Source: an uncultured Odoribacter sp. (GTDB lineage Bacteria > Bacteroidota > Bacteroidia > Bacteroidales > Marinifilaceae). From it: DNA of 64,000 bases. Below the pieces are notes generated by a model, which made no database searches, was not told the origin of the DNA, and was given only the letters and a program-made list of their open reading frames with translations. A program made the translations under genes and the position numbers. Positions 28,723 to 38,860 of this stretch are shown one piece after another (within the stretch, counting starts at the first letter, position 1; each line of letters opens with the position of its first letter). The stretch lies in the NCBI GenBank assembly GCA_944321165.1, contig CALUKE010000007.1, positions 3,961 through 67,960 on the forward strand, in the 5' to 3' direction.

Positions 28723-29949
28723 ATGAGGATGGATCTCAAACTGTTGTTTTCGATGCTTGTTTTGGGCTGTTGTATCAGCTGTACTCCGCACTCTGACAAA
28801 GAGTATTTGAGAAAAGTGCGGCAAAAGATGGATCGGGTGGAATCGGTTTCCTACCGGATGATACAGCAGACGTGGGAACCGGGAGATTCGGATCCCGTAT
28901 ATAAAGAAGAGTTTTATGTTTATGAACATAAAAATCCGGAAGATACGGCAGTCGGAAGCTCGTATCTGGTTGCCCGCGACCGGGCATTTCAGCAGGTGGA
29001 AACAGGTTATGACGGGAAGGTCTGTTTTACTTTGGATCGGGATGAAAAAGAGGTCTGGATAGACAATTTTACACGGAAGAGACCGGTGGCGTTTCGTTTG
29101 GTCATGCCGAAATTTTTCTTTCATACCCGGTGTATTCTGGATTATGCATTGACGACTGCGGACAGTGTCACCCTTTCTTTGCAAGACTTGGGGGAAGATT
29201 ATCTGTTGTCGTTGACTGTTCATATGCCTCAACAGGTGGAATTTTTTGGCAAACCTTGTTATATGCCGGAAAATCCGTATGTGTATGATCCGACTTCTGT
29301 TTATAAGGTATGGATTTCTAAGGCTACGGATCTGCCATACAGAAGTCGTCAGGAGATGTGTCTCACTATTGTTGAATGGGAATGTGCTGATTTCGTTTTT
29401 GACTTGCCGGACAAGGACCTGATTGTAGCCGAAGATTTTTATCCGGAAGATTACACGCTTCACCGGTACGGCGAAGCTCGTCGGGAGGAAACAGCGGATA
29501 TGACCGGCAAGCAGGCTCCCGCCTGGACGCTGACGGATATGAATGATCATCCGGTTTCTTTGGATGCCTTGAAATCGAAGGTCATCCTGTTGCAGTTGAC
29601 CGGTATCGGATGCGGTCCTTGTAAGGTTTCTATCCCTTTCCTTCGTCGTTTGAGAAATCTGTACGATCAGGAAGCACTTGAAATCGTGGCTGTTGAAACC
29701 TGGGGAAGAAAGAAATCTTCCTGTGAGAATTATATCCGGAATTTTGGCATCAATTATCGTTTTTTGAGTGGAAACGAAAAGGAAATTGCCGAATTGGTGC
29801 AGAACTATCAGAGCGGAGGAGGGGTCCCGCAATTTTTTGTGATCGATTCGGAAAGGAAAATTGTCAAACAGATTTCCGGTTATGCGGAGGAAACTACCGA
29901 TAGAGAAATAGAGCAGCAGATAGAACGATTACTGGGTGTCGGGGAGTAG
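28723..29949 (+). CDS. TlpA-family thiol:disulfide oxidoreductase lipoprotein with N-terminal uncharacterised domain
   Basis: Lipobox LVLGCCISC. The C-terminal thioredoxin fold has an intact GIGCGPC active site and GGVPQFFVID. Confidence 0.75.
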   Translation: MRMDLKLLFSMLVLGCCISCTPHSDKEYLRKVRQKMDRVESVSYRMIQQTWEPGDSDPVYKEEFYVYEHKNPEDTAVGSSYLVARDRAFQQVETGYDGKVCFTLDRDEKEVWIDNFTRKRPVAFRLVMPKFFFHTRCILDYALTTADSVTLSLQDLGEDYLLSLTVHMPQQVEFFGKPCYMPENPYVYDPTSVYKVWISKATDLPYRSRQEMCLTIVEWECADFVFDLPDKDLIVAEDFYPEDYTLHRYGEARREETADMTGKQAPAWTLTDMNDHPVSLDALKSKVILLQLTGIGCGPCKVSIPFLRRLRNLYDQEALEIVAVETWGRKKSSCENYIRNFGINYRFLSGNEKEIAELVQNYQSGGGVPQFFVIDSERKIVKQISGYAEETTDREIEQQIERLLGVGE

Positions 29950-29971
29950 ACACTTCGTATGGAAATAGAAA

Positions 29972-30008
29972 ATCGCTCACAAAAGTACGGATTTCTTTTG
30001 TGAGCGAT
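29972..30008. terminator. Bidirectional terminator hairpin between convergent genes
   Basis: 14 bp perfect stem ATCGCTCACAAAAG/CTTTTGTGAGCGAT with a 9 nt loop. Confidence 0.65.
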
Positions 30009-30024
30009 GGTTTGGCAGGGTGTA

Positions 30025-31299
30025 TTATTTCGTATTGATGATAACGGCGGCATTCGGATAATAGCCTACTTCTTTTTCGATGGCGCTGATCGGGCGGATT
30101 TGTAAGATAGTCGAAGGATCGATATCGAAGCGGCGGGACAAACGTCCGTCGATGACCAACAACGGCTCTTCCACTTTGTCCAGATTGTATTTGTACTCCT
30201 GTTCGTCGTATTTAAATGTCAATGTTCCGTTTTGAAAACTGATGAATTTCCCCAGTGGGTCGCCGGAAGTAATGAACAGGTATGATTTTTTGATGTCCTC
30301 TTTGGAGGGAATGATGTTGACATTCAGGATCTGTTCGGGCATCTGTACATTGTCTTTCGGGTGCTCTTGCCCGTCGATGACATAGGTCATGTCTGAGTTC
30401 TGGGAGTCGATTTTGATCTTTGTCTTTCCATTCTCTTTGGTGATTTGTACAGAATTGCTGCTGACATCCTGTCCGTTGCCAAAAGACTGGAAAAATTTTT
30501 CTACGTGTTGTTCTCCGTTTTGGAGAAGTTTTTCAAGTTCTTCTTCTGACATTCCATTCATGGAACTGAAAAAATCGTCCACCGGGAAGTTCCCGAAAGG
30601 GAAAAATCGGTTAGCCTGGTTTTGGTCTGTAGAGTCACTGGGGGCTCCGAAAAATTGTTCAAAAATATGGCCTGAGCCCATTCTTGAATGCAAATTTTCC
30701 ATCATTTGCTGCATGTGTTGAGAGATGGAACCGAAATCCATTTCCGGAAAATCGTTGTATCGTTTATAGGATTCGTAGGCTTCCGGATTGGAGGACAGGG
30801 TGGCCAGAGAGGATAAACCGGGCAGATTCAATGCTCTGGACAAGAGGGAAATCTGGTTTAGCTGGATATCGCCCCGCAGTTCGATGATGTCTAATTGTTG
30901 CGGGGTTTGATTCCAGACGACCAGATCTGTCACCTGCTCATTTTTACTGTGGGTATAGATCAACTGTTTCCCGAATTCGTTGTTGCGGCTTTTGATGAGC
31001 TTGTATTTGTCCGGATTGTCCAGAATTTCTCTGAATTGTGACATGAGTTTGTTGTTCAATGTCTCATCGGTTTGGCCGAAATCTACATTCAACATATTGA
31101 CTTCTTCCAGTTTTTGCAACAATTCGGTCGCTTCGGACGGTAGGTTGTTCCGTTGATAAAGGGCATACAGATTTTTGTCCAATTGGGTAACGGTGATACC
31201 GTTTTTCTCATGATATTTCGACATGAGTTTGGATAATTGGGCATTTGCGGCAAAGGGCAGAACAAATGCTGCAATGAAAAGGATACATACTTTTTTCAT
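30025..31299 (-). CDS. DUF4252-like exported protein, unusually long (424 aa)
   Basis: A signal peptide, then the DUF4252-like pattern (L..LM.KY....GITVT.L.K.....Y......S.....LL.KLE.V..L). It is the last gene of an ECF sigma operon. The C-terminal ~250 aa are extra relative to the usual short form. Confidence 0.65.
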   Translation of the reverse strand: MKKVCILFIAAFVLPFAANAQLSKLMSKYHEKNGITVTQLDKNLYALYQRNNLPSEATELLQKLEEVNMLNVDFGQTDETLNNKLMSQFREILDNPDKYKLIKSRNNEFGKQLIYTHSKNEQVTDLVVWNQTPQQLDIIELRGDIQLNQISLLSRALNLPGLSSLATLSSNPEAYESYKRYNDFPEMDFGSISQHMQQMMENLHSRMGSGHIFEQFFGAPSDSTDQNQANRFFPFGNFPVDDFFSSMNGMSEEELEKLLQNGEQHVEKFFQSFGNGQDVSSNSVQITKENGKTKIKIDSQNSDMTYVIDGQEHPKDNVQMPEQILNVNIIPSKEDIKKSYLFITSGDPLGKFISFQNGTLTFKYDEQEYKYNLDKVEEPLLVIDGRLSRRFDIDPSTILQIRPISAIEKEVGYYPNAAVIINTK

Positions 31300-31323
31300 G
31301 ATATGAATGGTTTTAAATGATTT

Positions 31324-31749
31324 TTATTCTACGGCAATAATCAGGTGATGATCTTCGTAAAGAATCTTCTGTGCGGGAGCCTGTTTCTCTTCGATGGCAT
31401 TTCCGATGATGCGCAAGGCATTTTCAAAACGTTCTTTTTTCAGATTGTCGGATAGCGGCAGCGGTTGAGACGCGGAGGGTAGCAATTTTTGCAGAGAAAA
31501 AAACAGTACCAGCATGGCCGCAATACTGCCGACTGTTATCCATCGGTGCTGCCTTCTGCTCCGTTGCTTTTGTCTGATTTTGTCCTGGATAACTTTTTGA
31601 AGACCTTCCGGCATGGCGCTTGGTCTCAGACACAAGATCGGTTCCTCCGGTAAGTTTCCTTCTTGCCAGGCTTTTTTCAGTGTTTTTTCTTCTGTCAGAG
31701 TTGTTTCGCCCTGATAATATCGTTTTAATAGTTCTTCTTTCTGTTCCAT
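31324..31749 (-). CDS. Putative single-pass anti-sigma factor
   Basis: 141 aa. It lies directly downstream of the ECF sigma gene. It has an N-terminal cytoplasmic helix segment and a central TM (WITVGSIAAMLVLFF). Confidence 0.5.
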   Translation of the reverse strand: MEQKEELLKRYYQGETTLTEEKTLKKAWQEGNLPEEPILCLRPSAMPEGLQKVIQDKIRQKQRSRRQHRWITVGSIAAMLVLFFSLQKLLPSASQPLPLSDNLKKERFENALRIIGNAIEEKQAPAQKILYEDHHLIIAVE

Positions 31750-31760
31750 GCTTCCCTGTT

Positions 31761-32276
31761 TTAGCGCTGTTTCACTTCTCTGACTCCGAGCTTTTCTACC
31801 ATTTCTTTTACCTTTGAACGTCCCCGGGAAAGCAATACCCGGATGTAGTTCGGGGTTAAACCCGTAATCTGTTCAATCTCATCAAATTCCAATTCTTCTA
31901 CGTCCCGAAGGATGATCACTTCCCGTTGGGGATCGGGTAAAGTGTGAAGAATCTTTTGAATCAATGCCACCGTATCTCTGTTTTCGATTTCCTGTTGCAG
32001 GTCTTGGGTATATCCTTCGCTGCCGTTTATGGGGCTATCGCAATATGTCGGCTTTTGTTTTTTGAGCCAATCGAAACAGAGATTGCGGGCCACCTTGAAT
32101 ACCCAGGCTTTGGGATTTTGGATTTTTTGCCAATCGCTTCGGGTATCCCAGAGTTTGACCATAATATCCTGGGTAAGGTCTGCCGCATCGGATGAATTGG
32201 AAACGATGTGCAGGACATAAGAATAGATATTCTTTGCCATCGGCAGGATCATATGGTTAAATTCTTTTTCAGTCAT
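31761..32276 (-). CDS. ECF-type RNA polymerase sigma-70 factor
   Basis: 171 aa with region 2 (DLTQDIMVKLW) and region 4 (QREVIILRDVEELEFDEIEQITGLTPNYIRVLLSRGR). Confidence 0.85.
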   Translation of the reverse strand: MTEKEFNHMILPMAKNIYSYVLHIVSNSSDAADLTQDIMVKLWDTRSDWQKIQNPKAWVFKVARNLCFDWLKKQKPTYCDSPINGSEGYTQDLQQEIENRDTVALIQKILHTLPDPQREVIILRDVEELEFDEIEQITGLTPNYIRVLLSRGRSKVKEMVEKLGVREVKQR

Positions 32277-32559
32277 CGTAATAAAGACGAATGAAGTCTG
32301 ATTTTATTACAAAGGAAGAAAGATTTTTTTGTTAAAGAATGTTCTTATGGTGTTTTTGGGAAGCTGAAGGGAAACAGGTGTGGAATAATTCTGCTGGATT
32401 GTGGAATAATTCCTCATAAAAGGTATACGAATAAAAAGTTCGGTTTTTGTATAATTCAGATAATCAGTATTGAATGATGTGTGGTAAAAATTGGTATGCT
32501 TTTTACTTGTATAAATTCAGCAAGTTAAATAAAGTGAAAGGCATATAAAGCAAATCAAC

Positions 32560-33708
32560 ATGAATTATAAAATTTGGATAGGCAGCTTTGCATGTGTACT
32601 TCTCATCGGAGTTGTCGGTTGTAAAAAGGAAAAGGTTCGGGAAGGGATTCCGGTGATCGTTGAAAAAGTAGGCGTGAAAGATGTAGAGATATACGGCGAC
32701 TATGTCGGACGGATTCGGGCTCGTCAGTTTGTAGAAGTACATGCCCGGGTGGAAGGGTATCTGGAAAAGATGCTTTTTGAAGAGGGAAAACGGGTGGAGC
32801 GTAATCAGCCCCTTTTTCTGATCAATCCGGATCTGTATAGGGCTCGGGCAGATAAAGCGGCTGCCCAGCTGAAAAAGGACGAGGCCCAGGAATTGAAGAC
32901 CGGTCGGGACGTTGAGCGTTTGCAGCCGCTTTATGAACAGAATGCCGCCAGCCAGCTGGATTTGGACAATGCGGTGGCTGCCTATGAGAGTGCAAAGGCC
33001 AATGTGGCGATGAGCCGGGCTGATCTGGCACAGGCGGAGATGGAATTGGGATATACGACGGTGAGGTCGCCGATTTCCGGATATATCAGCGAGCGTTATG
33101 CAGATATCGGTACCTTGGTCGGTCCCGGGTCCAAATCCTTGTTGGCGACGGTCGTTGCCAGCGATACCGTATTGGTGGATTTCAGTTTGACCGCTTTGGA
33201 TTATTTACGAAGTCAGCAGCGGAATGTGCGTTTGGGAGAGCAGGACGCGTCGCGATCCTGGCAACCGTCCATTACGGTAACATTGGCTGATAACTCCATA
33301 TATCCGGAGCGGGGTTTGGTGGATTTTGCCGAACCGCAGGTGGATCCCAAGACCGGTACTTTTGGAGTGCGGGCGGAATTGGCCAATCCGGAACGGAAAT
33401 TGTTGCCGGGACAGTTTACGAAAGTAAAACTTTTGTTGGATGTCCGGGAAAATGCCGTGGTAGTTCCTGGAAAAGCGGTGATCATTGAAAAGGGCGGTGC
33501 TTATGTATATGTGATGCGGCGGGATAGCACAGCAGAGAAACGTTTTATTGAAACAGGTCCTGAAGTAGACCAGTTGGTTGTGGTAGAACGGGGGCTGGGT
33601 CCGGATGAGATAGTCGTGTCCGAAGGACAGCACAAGCTGTCTCCTGGAGATTTGCTGTCTCCGCAAGTGGCAGTGAAAGAGGATGAAGGTACGGAATCAA
33701 TAAATTAA
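32560..33708 (+). CDS. RND efflux periplasmic adaptor (MFP) lipoprotein
   Basis: Lipobox VVGCKK, coiled-coil hairpin region, LGYT.VRSPISGYI, and an HlyD/AcrA-like beta-barrel C-terminus. Confidence 0.9.
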   Translation: MNYKIWIGSFACVLLIGVVGCKKEKVREGIPVIVEKVGVKDVEIYGDYVGRIRARQFVEVHARVEGYLEKMLFEEGKRVERNQPLFLINPDLYRARADKAAAQLKKDEAQELKTGRDVERLQPLYEQNAASQLDLDNAVAAYESAKANVAMSRADLAQAEMELGYTTVRSPISGYISERYADIGTLVGPGSKSLLATVVASDTVLVDFSLTALDYLRSQQRNVRLGEQDASRSWQPSITVTLADNSIYPERGLVDFAEPQVDPKTGTFGVRAELANPERKLLPGQFTKVKLLLDVRENAVVVPGKAVIIEKGGAYVYVMRRDSTAEKRFIETGPEVDQLVVVERGLGPDEIVVSEGQHKLSPGDLLSPQVAVKEDEGTESIN

Positions 33709-33714
33709 GGCAAG

Positions 33715-36700
33715 ATGAAAGTTGAATTTTTTATAGACCGTCCCATTTTTTCGGCGGTATTATCTATATTGATTGTGGTAGTGGGGTGTATCGGACTCTA
33801 TTTGTTGCCGGTAGATCAATATCCGCAAATAACACCTCCGATGGTGAAAATATCGGCTTCTTATCCGGGAGCGAGTGCGCAAACGGTATCACAGGCCGTG
33901 GCCACTCCGATCGAACAGGAGTTGAACGGTACACCAGGCATGCTTTACATGGAATCGAGCAGTTCCAATTCCGGTGGACTTACCATCAATGTGACGTTCG
34001 ATATTTCTGCCAATCCGGAATTGTCTGCCGTAGAAATCCAGAATCGGGTAAAACTGGCGGAATCGCGTTTGCCGGCGGAGGTGGTACAGAATGGGATCTC
34101 TGTTGAAAAACAGTCCTCCAATCAGTTGATGACTTTGACGTTGACCTCGGACGATCCCCGTTTCGATGAAATTTATTTGAGCAATTTTGCAACGATCAAT
34201 GTACAGGATATTTTGCGGCGTATACCGGGAGTCGGACGTGTATCCAATATCGGTAGCCGTTATTATGGCATGTGCATCTGGGTATTGCCCGACCGGATGG
34301 CCAATTTCGGTTTGACGGTCAAAGATCTGCAGGATGCCTTGAAGGATCAGAACCGGGAGTCGGCGGCCGGAGAGTTGGGAAAGCAGCCGATTAGCGGGCA
34401 GGACATAACCATACCGATTACGACTCAGGGACGTTTGTCGACGGTCAATGAATTTGAGGAGATCGTGGTACGGGCGAATCCCGACGGTTCCATTATTCGG
34501 TTGCGGGATGTGGCCCGGGTTTCTTTGGAAGCTTCTTCCTATTCGACGGAGAGCGGTATGAACGGCAAGAACGCCGCTGTTCTGGGAATATATACCTTGC
34601 CGGGAGCCAATGCCGTGGAAGTGGCCCGCCAGGTGCGGGAAGCCATGGAGGAAATCAGTGAAAACTTTCCGGAAGGCCTGAATTATGAGATTCCGTTTGA
34701 TATCACCAGTTATATTTCCGAATCGATCCATGAAGTTTACAAGACTTTGTTCGAGGCTTTGCTATTGGTTGTACTGGTGGTTTTCCTCTCTTTGCAGAAT
34801 TGGCGGGCTTCTTTGATTCCGCTGATTGCTGTCCCCATTTCGTTGGTGGGAACTTTTGGAGTGATGCTGGTATTGGGATTTTCGTTGAATCTGTTGACGT
34901 TGTTGGGATTGATCCTTTCGATCGGTATTGTGGTTGACGATGCCATTGTCGTAGTGGAAGCGGTAGAAAGTTATATGGAGAAGGAGGGCTTGTCTCCTTA
35001 CGAGGCGACGAAAAAGGCCATGCGAGGATTGACAGGGGCCTTGATTGCCACTTCTCTGGTATTGGCCGCTGTGTTTGTGCCGGTGAGTTTCCTGGGAGGA
35101 ATAACGGGTCTGCTGTATCGGCAGTTTGCGATTACCATTGTGGTTTCGGTATTGATCTCTGCGGTGGTGGCCTTGACGTTGAGTCCGGCTTTGTGTGCCA
35201 TTTTGTTGCGACCGACAAAGTCTTCTAAGAATTTGATCTTTCGAAAAATCAACCAGTGGCTGGTAACCGGCAATCGGAAATACATCGGTATCATCGGGAA
35301 ATCGATTGCCCGTCCCCGGCGTGTTCTGGCGGGGTTTGGCATGGTACTCGTATTTATATTTGTGTTAAACCGGATCGTACCGAGCAGTTTTATTCCGGAA
35401 GAAGACCAGGGGTATTTTAAAGTGGAACTGGAGTTGCCGGAGGGAGCTACGCTGGAAAGGACCCGGGTTGTGACCGACCGGGCGGTCGCTTACCTGAAAA
35501 CCCATCCTGCCGTGGATTATGTGCAGAATGTAACCGGTTCGAGTCCGCGGGTGGGAACCAATCAGGCCCGTTCGGAGTTGACGGTGATCCTGAAACCCTG
35601 GGAGGAACGGAAAGGAAACGGTCTGGGGGTGGATCAGGTGATGGACGAGGTGCGAAAAGAACTGAAAAAATATCCCGAAGCTCAGGTCTATCTGTCAAAA
35701 CCACCGGTAATTCCGGGTTTGGGAACTTCGGGCGGTTTTGAAATGCAGGTGGAAGCCCGGAATGGTGCCACTTTTGATAATCTGGTCAGTGCGGTGGATA
35801 CTTTGATGAAATACGCACAGCAGACCAAGGCTTTTACGGGTTTGTCCTCTTCTTTGCAGGCGGAGATTCCTCAATTGTATTTTGATGTCGATCGGGACAA
35901 GGCAAAATTTCTGGGCATTCCGATGTCGGATATATTTTCGACCATGAAAGCGTATACCGGTTCGGTGTATGTCAATGATTTCAATATGTTCAACCGGGTG
36001 TATAAAGTCTATATTCAGGCGGAAGCGCCTTATCGGGCCCGCAAGGACAATATCAGCATGTTTTTTGTCAAGACTTCGGGGGGGGATATGGTTCCATTGA
36101 CAGCCTTGGGAGATGCGGAGTATACCACAGGACCGGGAAATATCAAACGTTTCAATATGTTTACGACGGCAGTGGTCCGGGGGGCTGCAGCATCCGGTTA
36201 CAGTTCCGGGGAGGTGATGCGAATGATGGAAAAGATTGCCGCGGATCATTTGCCGGATAATATAGGCGTAGAGTGGAGCGGTTTGTCTTATCAGGAAAAG
36301 AAGGCGGAAGGGCAGTTGGGTTTGGTGCTGGCATTGGTGTTTCTGTTTGTGTTCCTCTTTCTGGCGGCTTTGTATGAGAGCTGGCTGGTACCGATTTCTG
36401 TGTTGCTGTCTTTGCCGGTCGCTGCTTTGGGGGCTTATCTGGGCATTTTGGGTTTCGGGTTGGAAAATGACATTTATTTCCAGATCGGTTTGGTAACCCT
36501 GATCGGATTGGCGGCAAAGAATGCCATTTTGATCGTCGAATTTGCCAAGATGGAAGTGGATCAGGGAACGGATATCGTGACGGCTGCCAAAAATGCCGCT
36601 ACACTTCGTTTCCGACCGATTTTGATGACCTCGCTCGCCTTTGTGTTGGGGATGTTGCCGCTGGTGATGGCTTCCGGACCGGGCTCTGCCAGCCGGCATT

Positions 36701-36846
36701 CGATCGGTACCGGTGTTTTTTTCGGGATGATTGCCGCCATTACCATCGGAATCGTGTTAGTGCCGTTCTTTTTTGTGATGGTGTATAAAGTGAAAGAAAA
36801 GATGCGCAGGAAACTCAGTTTTAAAAGAAAAGGGATGGTTTTGTAA
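33715..36846 (+). CDS. RND efflux permease (AcrB/HAE1 family)
   Basis: 1043 aa. FFIDRPIFS..LSI at the N-terminus, 12-TM architecture, and GIVVDDAIVVVE and LAAKNAILIVEFA motifs. Confidence 0.95.
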   Translation: MKVEFFIDRPIFSAVLSILIVVVGCIGLYLLPVDQYPQITPPMVKISASYPGASAQTVSQAVATPIEQELNGTPGMLYMESSSSNSGGLTINVTFDISANPELSAVEIQNRVKLAESRLPAEVVQNGISVEKQSSNQLMTLTLTSDDPRFDEIYLSNFATINVQDILRRIPGVGRVSNIGSRYYGMCIWVLPDRMANFGLTVKDLQDALKDQNRESAAGELGKQPISGQDITIPITTQGRLSTVNEFEEIVVRANPDGSIIRLRDVARVSLEASSYSTESGMNGKNAAVLGIYTLPGANAVEVARQVREAMEEISENFPEGLNYEIPFDITSYISESIHEVYKTLFEALLLVVLVVFLSLQNWRASLIPLIAVPISLVGTFGVMLVLGFSLNLLTLLGLILSIGIVVDDAIVVVEAVESYMEKEGLSPYEATKKAMRGLTGALIATSLVLAAVFVPVSFLGGITGLLYRQFAITIVVSVLISAVVALTLSPALCAILLRPTKSSKNLIFRKINQWLVTGNRKYIGIIGKSIARPRRVLAGFGMVLVFIFVLNRIVPSSFIPEEDQGYFKVELELPEGATLERTRVVTDRAVAYLKTHPAVDYVQNVTGSSPRVGTNQARSELTVILKPWEERKGNGLGVDQVMDEVRKELKKYPEAQVYLSKPPVIPGLGTSGGFEMQVEARNGATFDNLVSAVDTLMKYAQQTKAFTGLSSSLQAEIPQLYFDVDRDKAKFLGIPMSDIFSTMKAYTGSVYVNDFNMFNRVYKVYIQAEAPYRARKDNISMFFVKTSGGDMVPLTALGDAEYTTGPGNIKRFNMFTTAVVRGAAASGYSSGEVMRMMEKIAADHLPDNIGVEWSGLSYQEKKAEGQLGLVLALVFLFVFLFLAALYESWLVPISVLLSLPVAALGAYLGILGFGLENDIYFQIGLVTLIGLAAKNAILIVEFAKMEVDQGTDIVTAAKNAATLRFRPILMTSLAFVLGMLPLVMASGPGSASRHSIGTGVFFGMIAAITIGIVLVPFFFVMVYKVKEKMRRKLSFKRKGMVL

Positions 36847-36848
36847 AT

Positions 36849-38213
36849 ATGGGAAAAATGAAAAGAATTTGTTTTATCGGAAATATATGCCTGTTGGCGA
36901 TTTGTCTGGGGGCTTGCAGACTGGGCAAACAGTATACGAGACCTGATTTGCGATTGCCGGAGCAAATTGCGGATGTGCCGGCTGATACGACTTCAGTTCA
37001 GGATATAAAATGGTCGGAATTGTATGCGGATCCGGTATTGCAGCAATTGATCCGGAAAACCCTGGAGAACAATAAGGATATGCTGATGGCTGCCGCCAAA
37101 GTGAAAGAACTGATGGAGTCGAAAAGAATTGCGAAGGCGGATCTGCTGCCGAAGGTGGATGCCTTCATAGGGGGCGAACGGGAGTATGATGCTTCTCCGG
37201 GCAATACCTTTGAAGGGAAGCTCCTGGCTTCCTGGGAAGTCGATCTGTGGGGTAAATTGCGTTGGGCCAATCAGGCCGCGGTGGCGGCTTATCTGCAAAG
37301 CGTGGAGGGACGGCAGGCCTTGCGCTTGTCTTTGATTGCCAATGTGGCTCAGGCTTATTTCGAGCTGATCGCGCTGGATCAGGAACTGACGATTGTAAAA
37401 CAGACTCTGGAGGCGCGTCGGGAAGGGGTCCGTTTGGCCAAGCTGCGTTTTGAAGGGGGGCTGACTTCTGAGAATCCGATGCGTCAGGCTCAGGTCGAAC
37501 TGGCAAAGACTCAGACCCTGGTGCCCGATCTGGAGAAGTCAATTCGTTTGAAAGAGAATCAGATATCTTTACTGGCCGGTGAGTATCCGGGTGTCGTGGA
37601 ACGGGGAAAAAGCATCGAACAGCAGCAGTTGATGGCGACCTTGCCGGTGGGCCTGCCTTCCCAGTTGCTGGAACGGAGACCCGATATCCGACAGGCCGAA
37701 TATCGTTTGAAAGAGGCACATGCCAAAGCCGGAGTCGCTTTTACCAATATGTTCCCGAAATTTACCTTGACCGGACACTATGGCCTGGAAAGTACAGAAT
37801 TTTCCAATTTTTTGCGTGATCCGTATTTCCTGGTCAGTGGCAAATTACTGACACCTCTGTTTAATATGGGGAAAAACAGGGCACAGTGGAGAGCTTCCAA
37901 GGCGGTGAAGGAACAGGAAATCTACAACTACCAGAAAGTGGTGTTGAAAGCTTTTACTGAGGTGAGCAATGCGTTGATCTCGTCCCAAAAAAGCCGGGAA
38001 ATCCGGAAAGCACGCGAGCATCTGGAAAATTCGGCCCGATCCAACCTGGATTTGGCGACTTTGCAATATATCAATGGAGTCATCAGTTATCTGGATGTAT
38101 TGGATGCCCAACGGGGGTATTTCGATGCCCAGATCGGTCTGAACAATGCCATTCGGGATGAATTGTTGGCAACGGTAGAATTATATAAGGTATTGGGTGG
38201 TGGGGAAGAATAA
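36849..38213 (+). CDS. RND efflux outer-membrane factor lipoprotein (NodT/TolC family)
   Basis: Lipobox LGACR, two OEP repeats, and a Y..GV.SYLDVLDAQR motif near the C-terminus. Confidence 0.9.
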   Translation: MGKMKRICFIGNICLLAICLGACRLGKQYTRPDLRLPEQIADVPADTTSVQDIKWSELYADPVLQQLIRKTLENNKDMLMAAAKVKELMESKRIAKADLLPKVDAFIGGEREYDASPGNTFEGKLLASWEVDLWGKLRWANQAAVAAYLQSVEGRQALRLSLIANVAQAYFELIALDQELTIVKQTLEARREGVRLAKLRFEGGLTSENPMRQAQVELAKTQTLVPDLEKSIRLKENQISLLAGEYPGVVERGKSIEQQQLMATLPVGLPSQLLERRPDIRQAEYRLKEAHAKAGVAFTNMFPKFTLTGHYGLESTEFSNFLRDPYFLVSGKLLTPLFNMGKNRAQWRASKAVKEQEIYNYQKVVLKAFTEVSNALISSQKSREIRKAREHLENSARSNLDLATLQYINGVISYLDVLDAQRGYFDAQIGLNNAIRDELLATVELYKVLGGGEE

Positions 38214-38218
38214 TTGTT

Positions 38219-38260
38219 CTGTTTTCCGATCTTTTCCTTTTGAGGAGGATCGGAAAACAG
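38219..38260. terminator. Bidirectional terminator hairpin between the RND operon and the TIR gene
   Basis: 13 bp perfect stem CTGTTTTCCGATC/GATCGGAAAACAG, followed by TTTTG. Confidence 0.65.
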
Positions 38261-38269
38261 TTTTGCGAA

Positions 38270-38860
38270 TTATCCGATGAATTTGTTTTTTTGCCACCGG
38301 CCGTTTTCTTGAGTGCCGTCAGCCCAGGTATAACAGCCTTTTCCATGTTTCTGGTTTTTGAACCATTCTCCTGTATACCGGTCGCCGTTAGGCCAATAAT
38401 AGGTGCCTTGTCCCTGTTTTTGATCGTCGAACCATTCGCCTTCATATCGGTCTCCGTCTGTCCAGAAGAAGGTGCCTTTCCCTTGTTTCTTGTCATCGAC
38501 CCATTGCCCTTCGTAGCGATTGCCGTTTGAGAAATAGTAACATCCCTGTCCGTTCATTTTGCCCTCTTCCCATTGACCGACGTATTTATCGCCATTTGCC
38601 CATACATAGCTTCCCATGCCTTGCCTTTGGTTTTCCACCCATTCTCCAGCATATCGGGAGCCGTCTTGCCAGTAATAGGTGCCTTGTCCATGTTTCTGAT
38701 CATTGACCCATTGTCCTTCATAACGGTTGCCGTTGGCATAGGTGTATACTCCCCAGCCGTGCATATTACCGTTGGCCCAGTTCCCTTCGTATTTGTCACC
38801 GTTATTCCACTGATAGCAGCCCTGACCGTGTAGTTTCCCATCGATCACTTCTCCGAAATA
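38270..38860 (-). repeat. 69-nt periodic coding repeats (MORN array)
   Basis: Eight consecutive 23-codon units (YEGQW..D.K.G.G.Y.W..G.R) are seen directly in the translation. The periodicity also creates two long mirror ORFs on the + strand. Confidence 0.8.

Noticed and set aside
38240-38833. Two plus-strand ORFs (38240-38530 and 38573-38833) with repetitive hydrophobic translations.
   Set aside because: They are the antisense image of the 69-nt periodic MORN repeat array. The minus-strand frame gives a clean TIR-MORN protein with start, promoter box and terminator.
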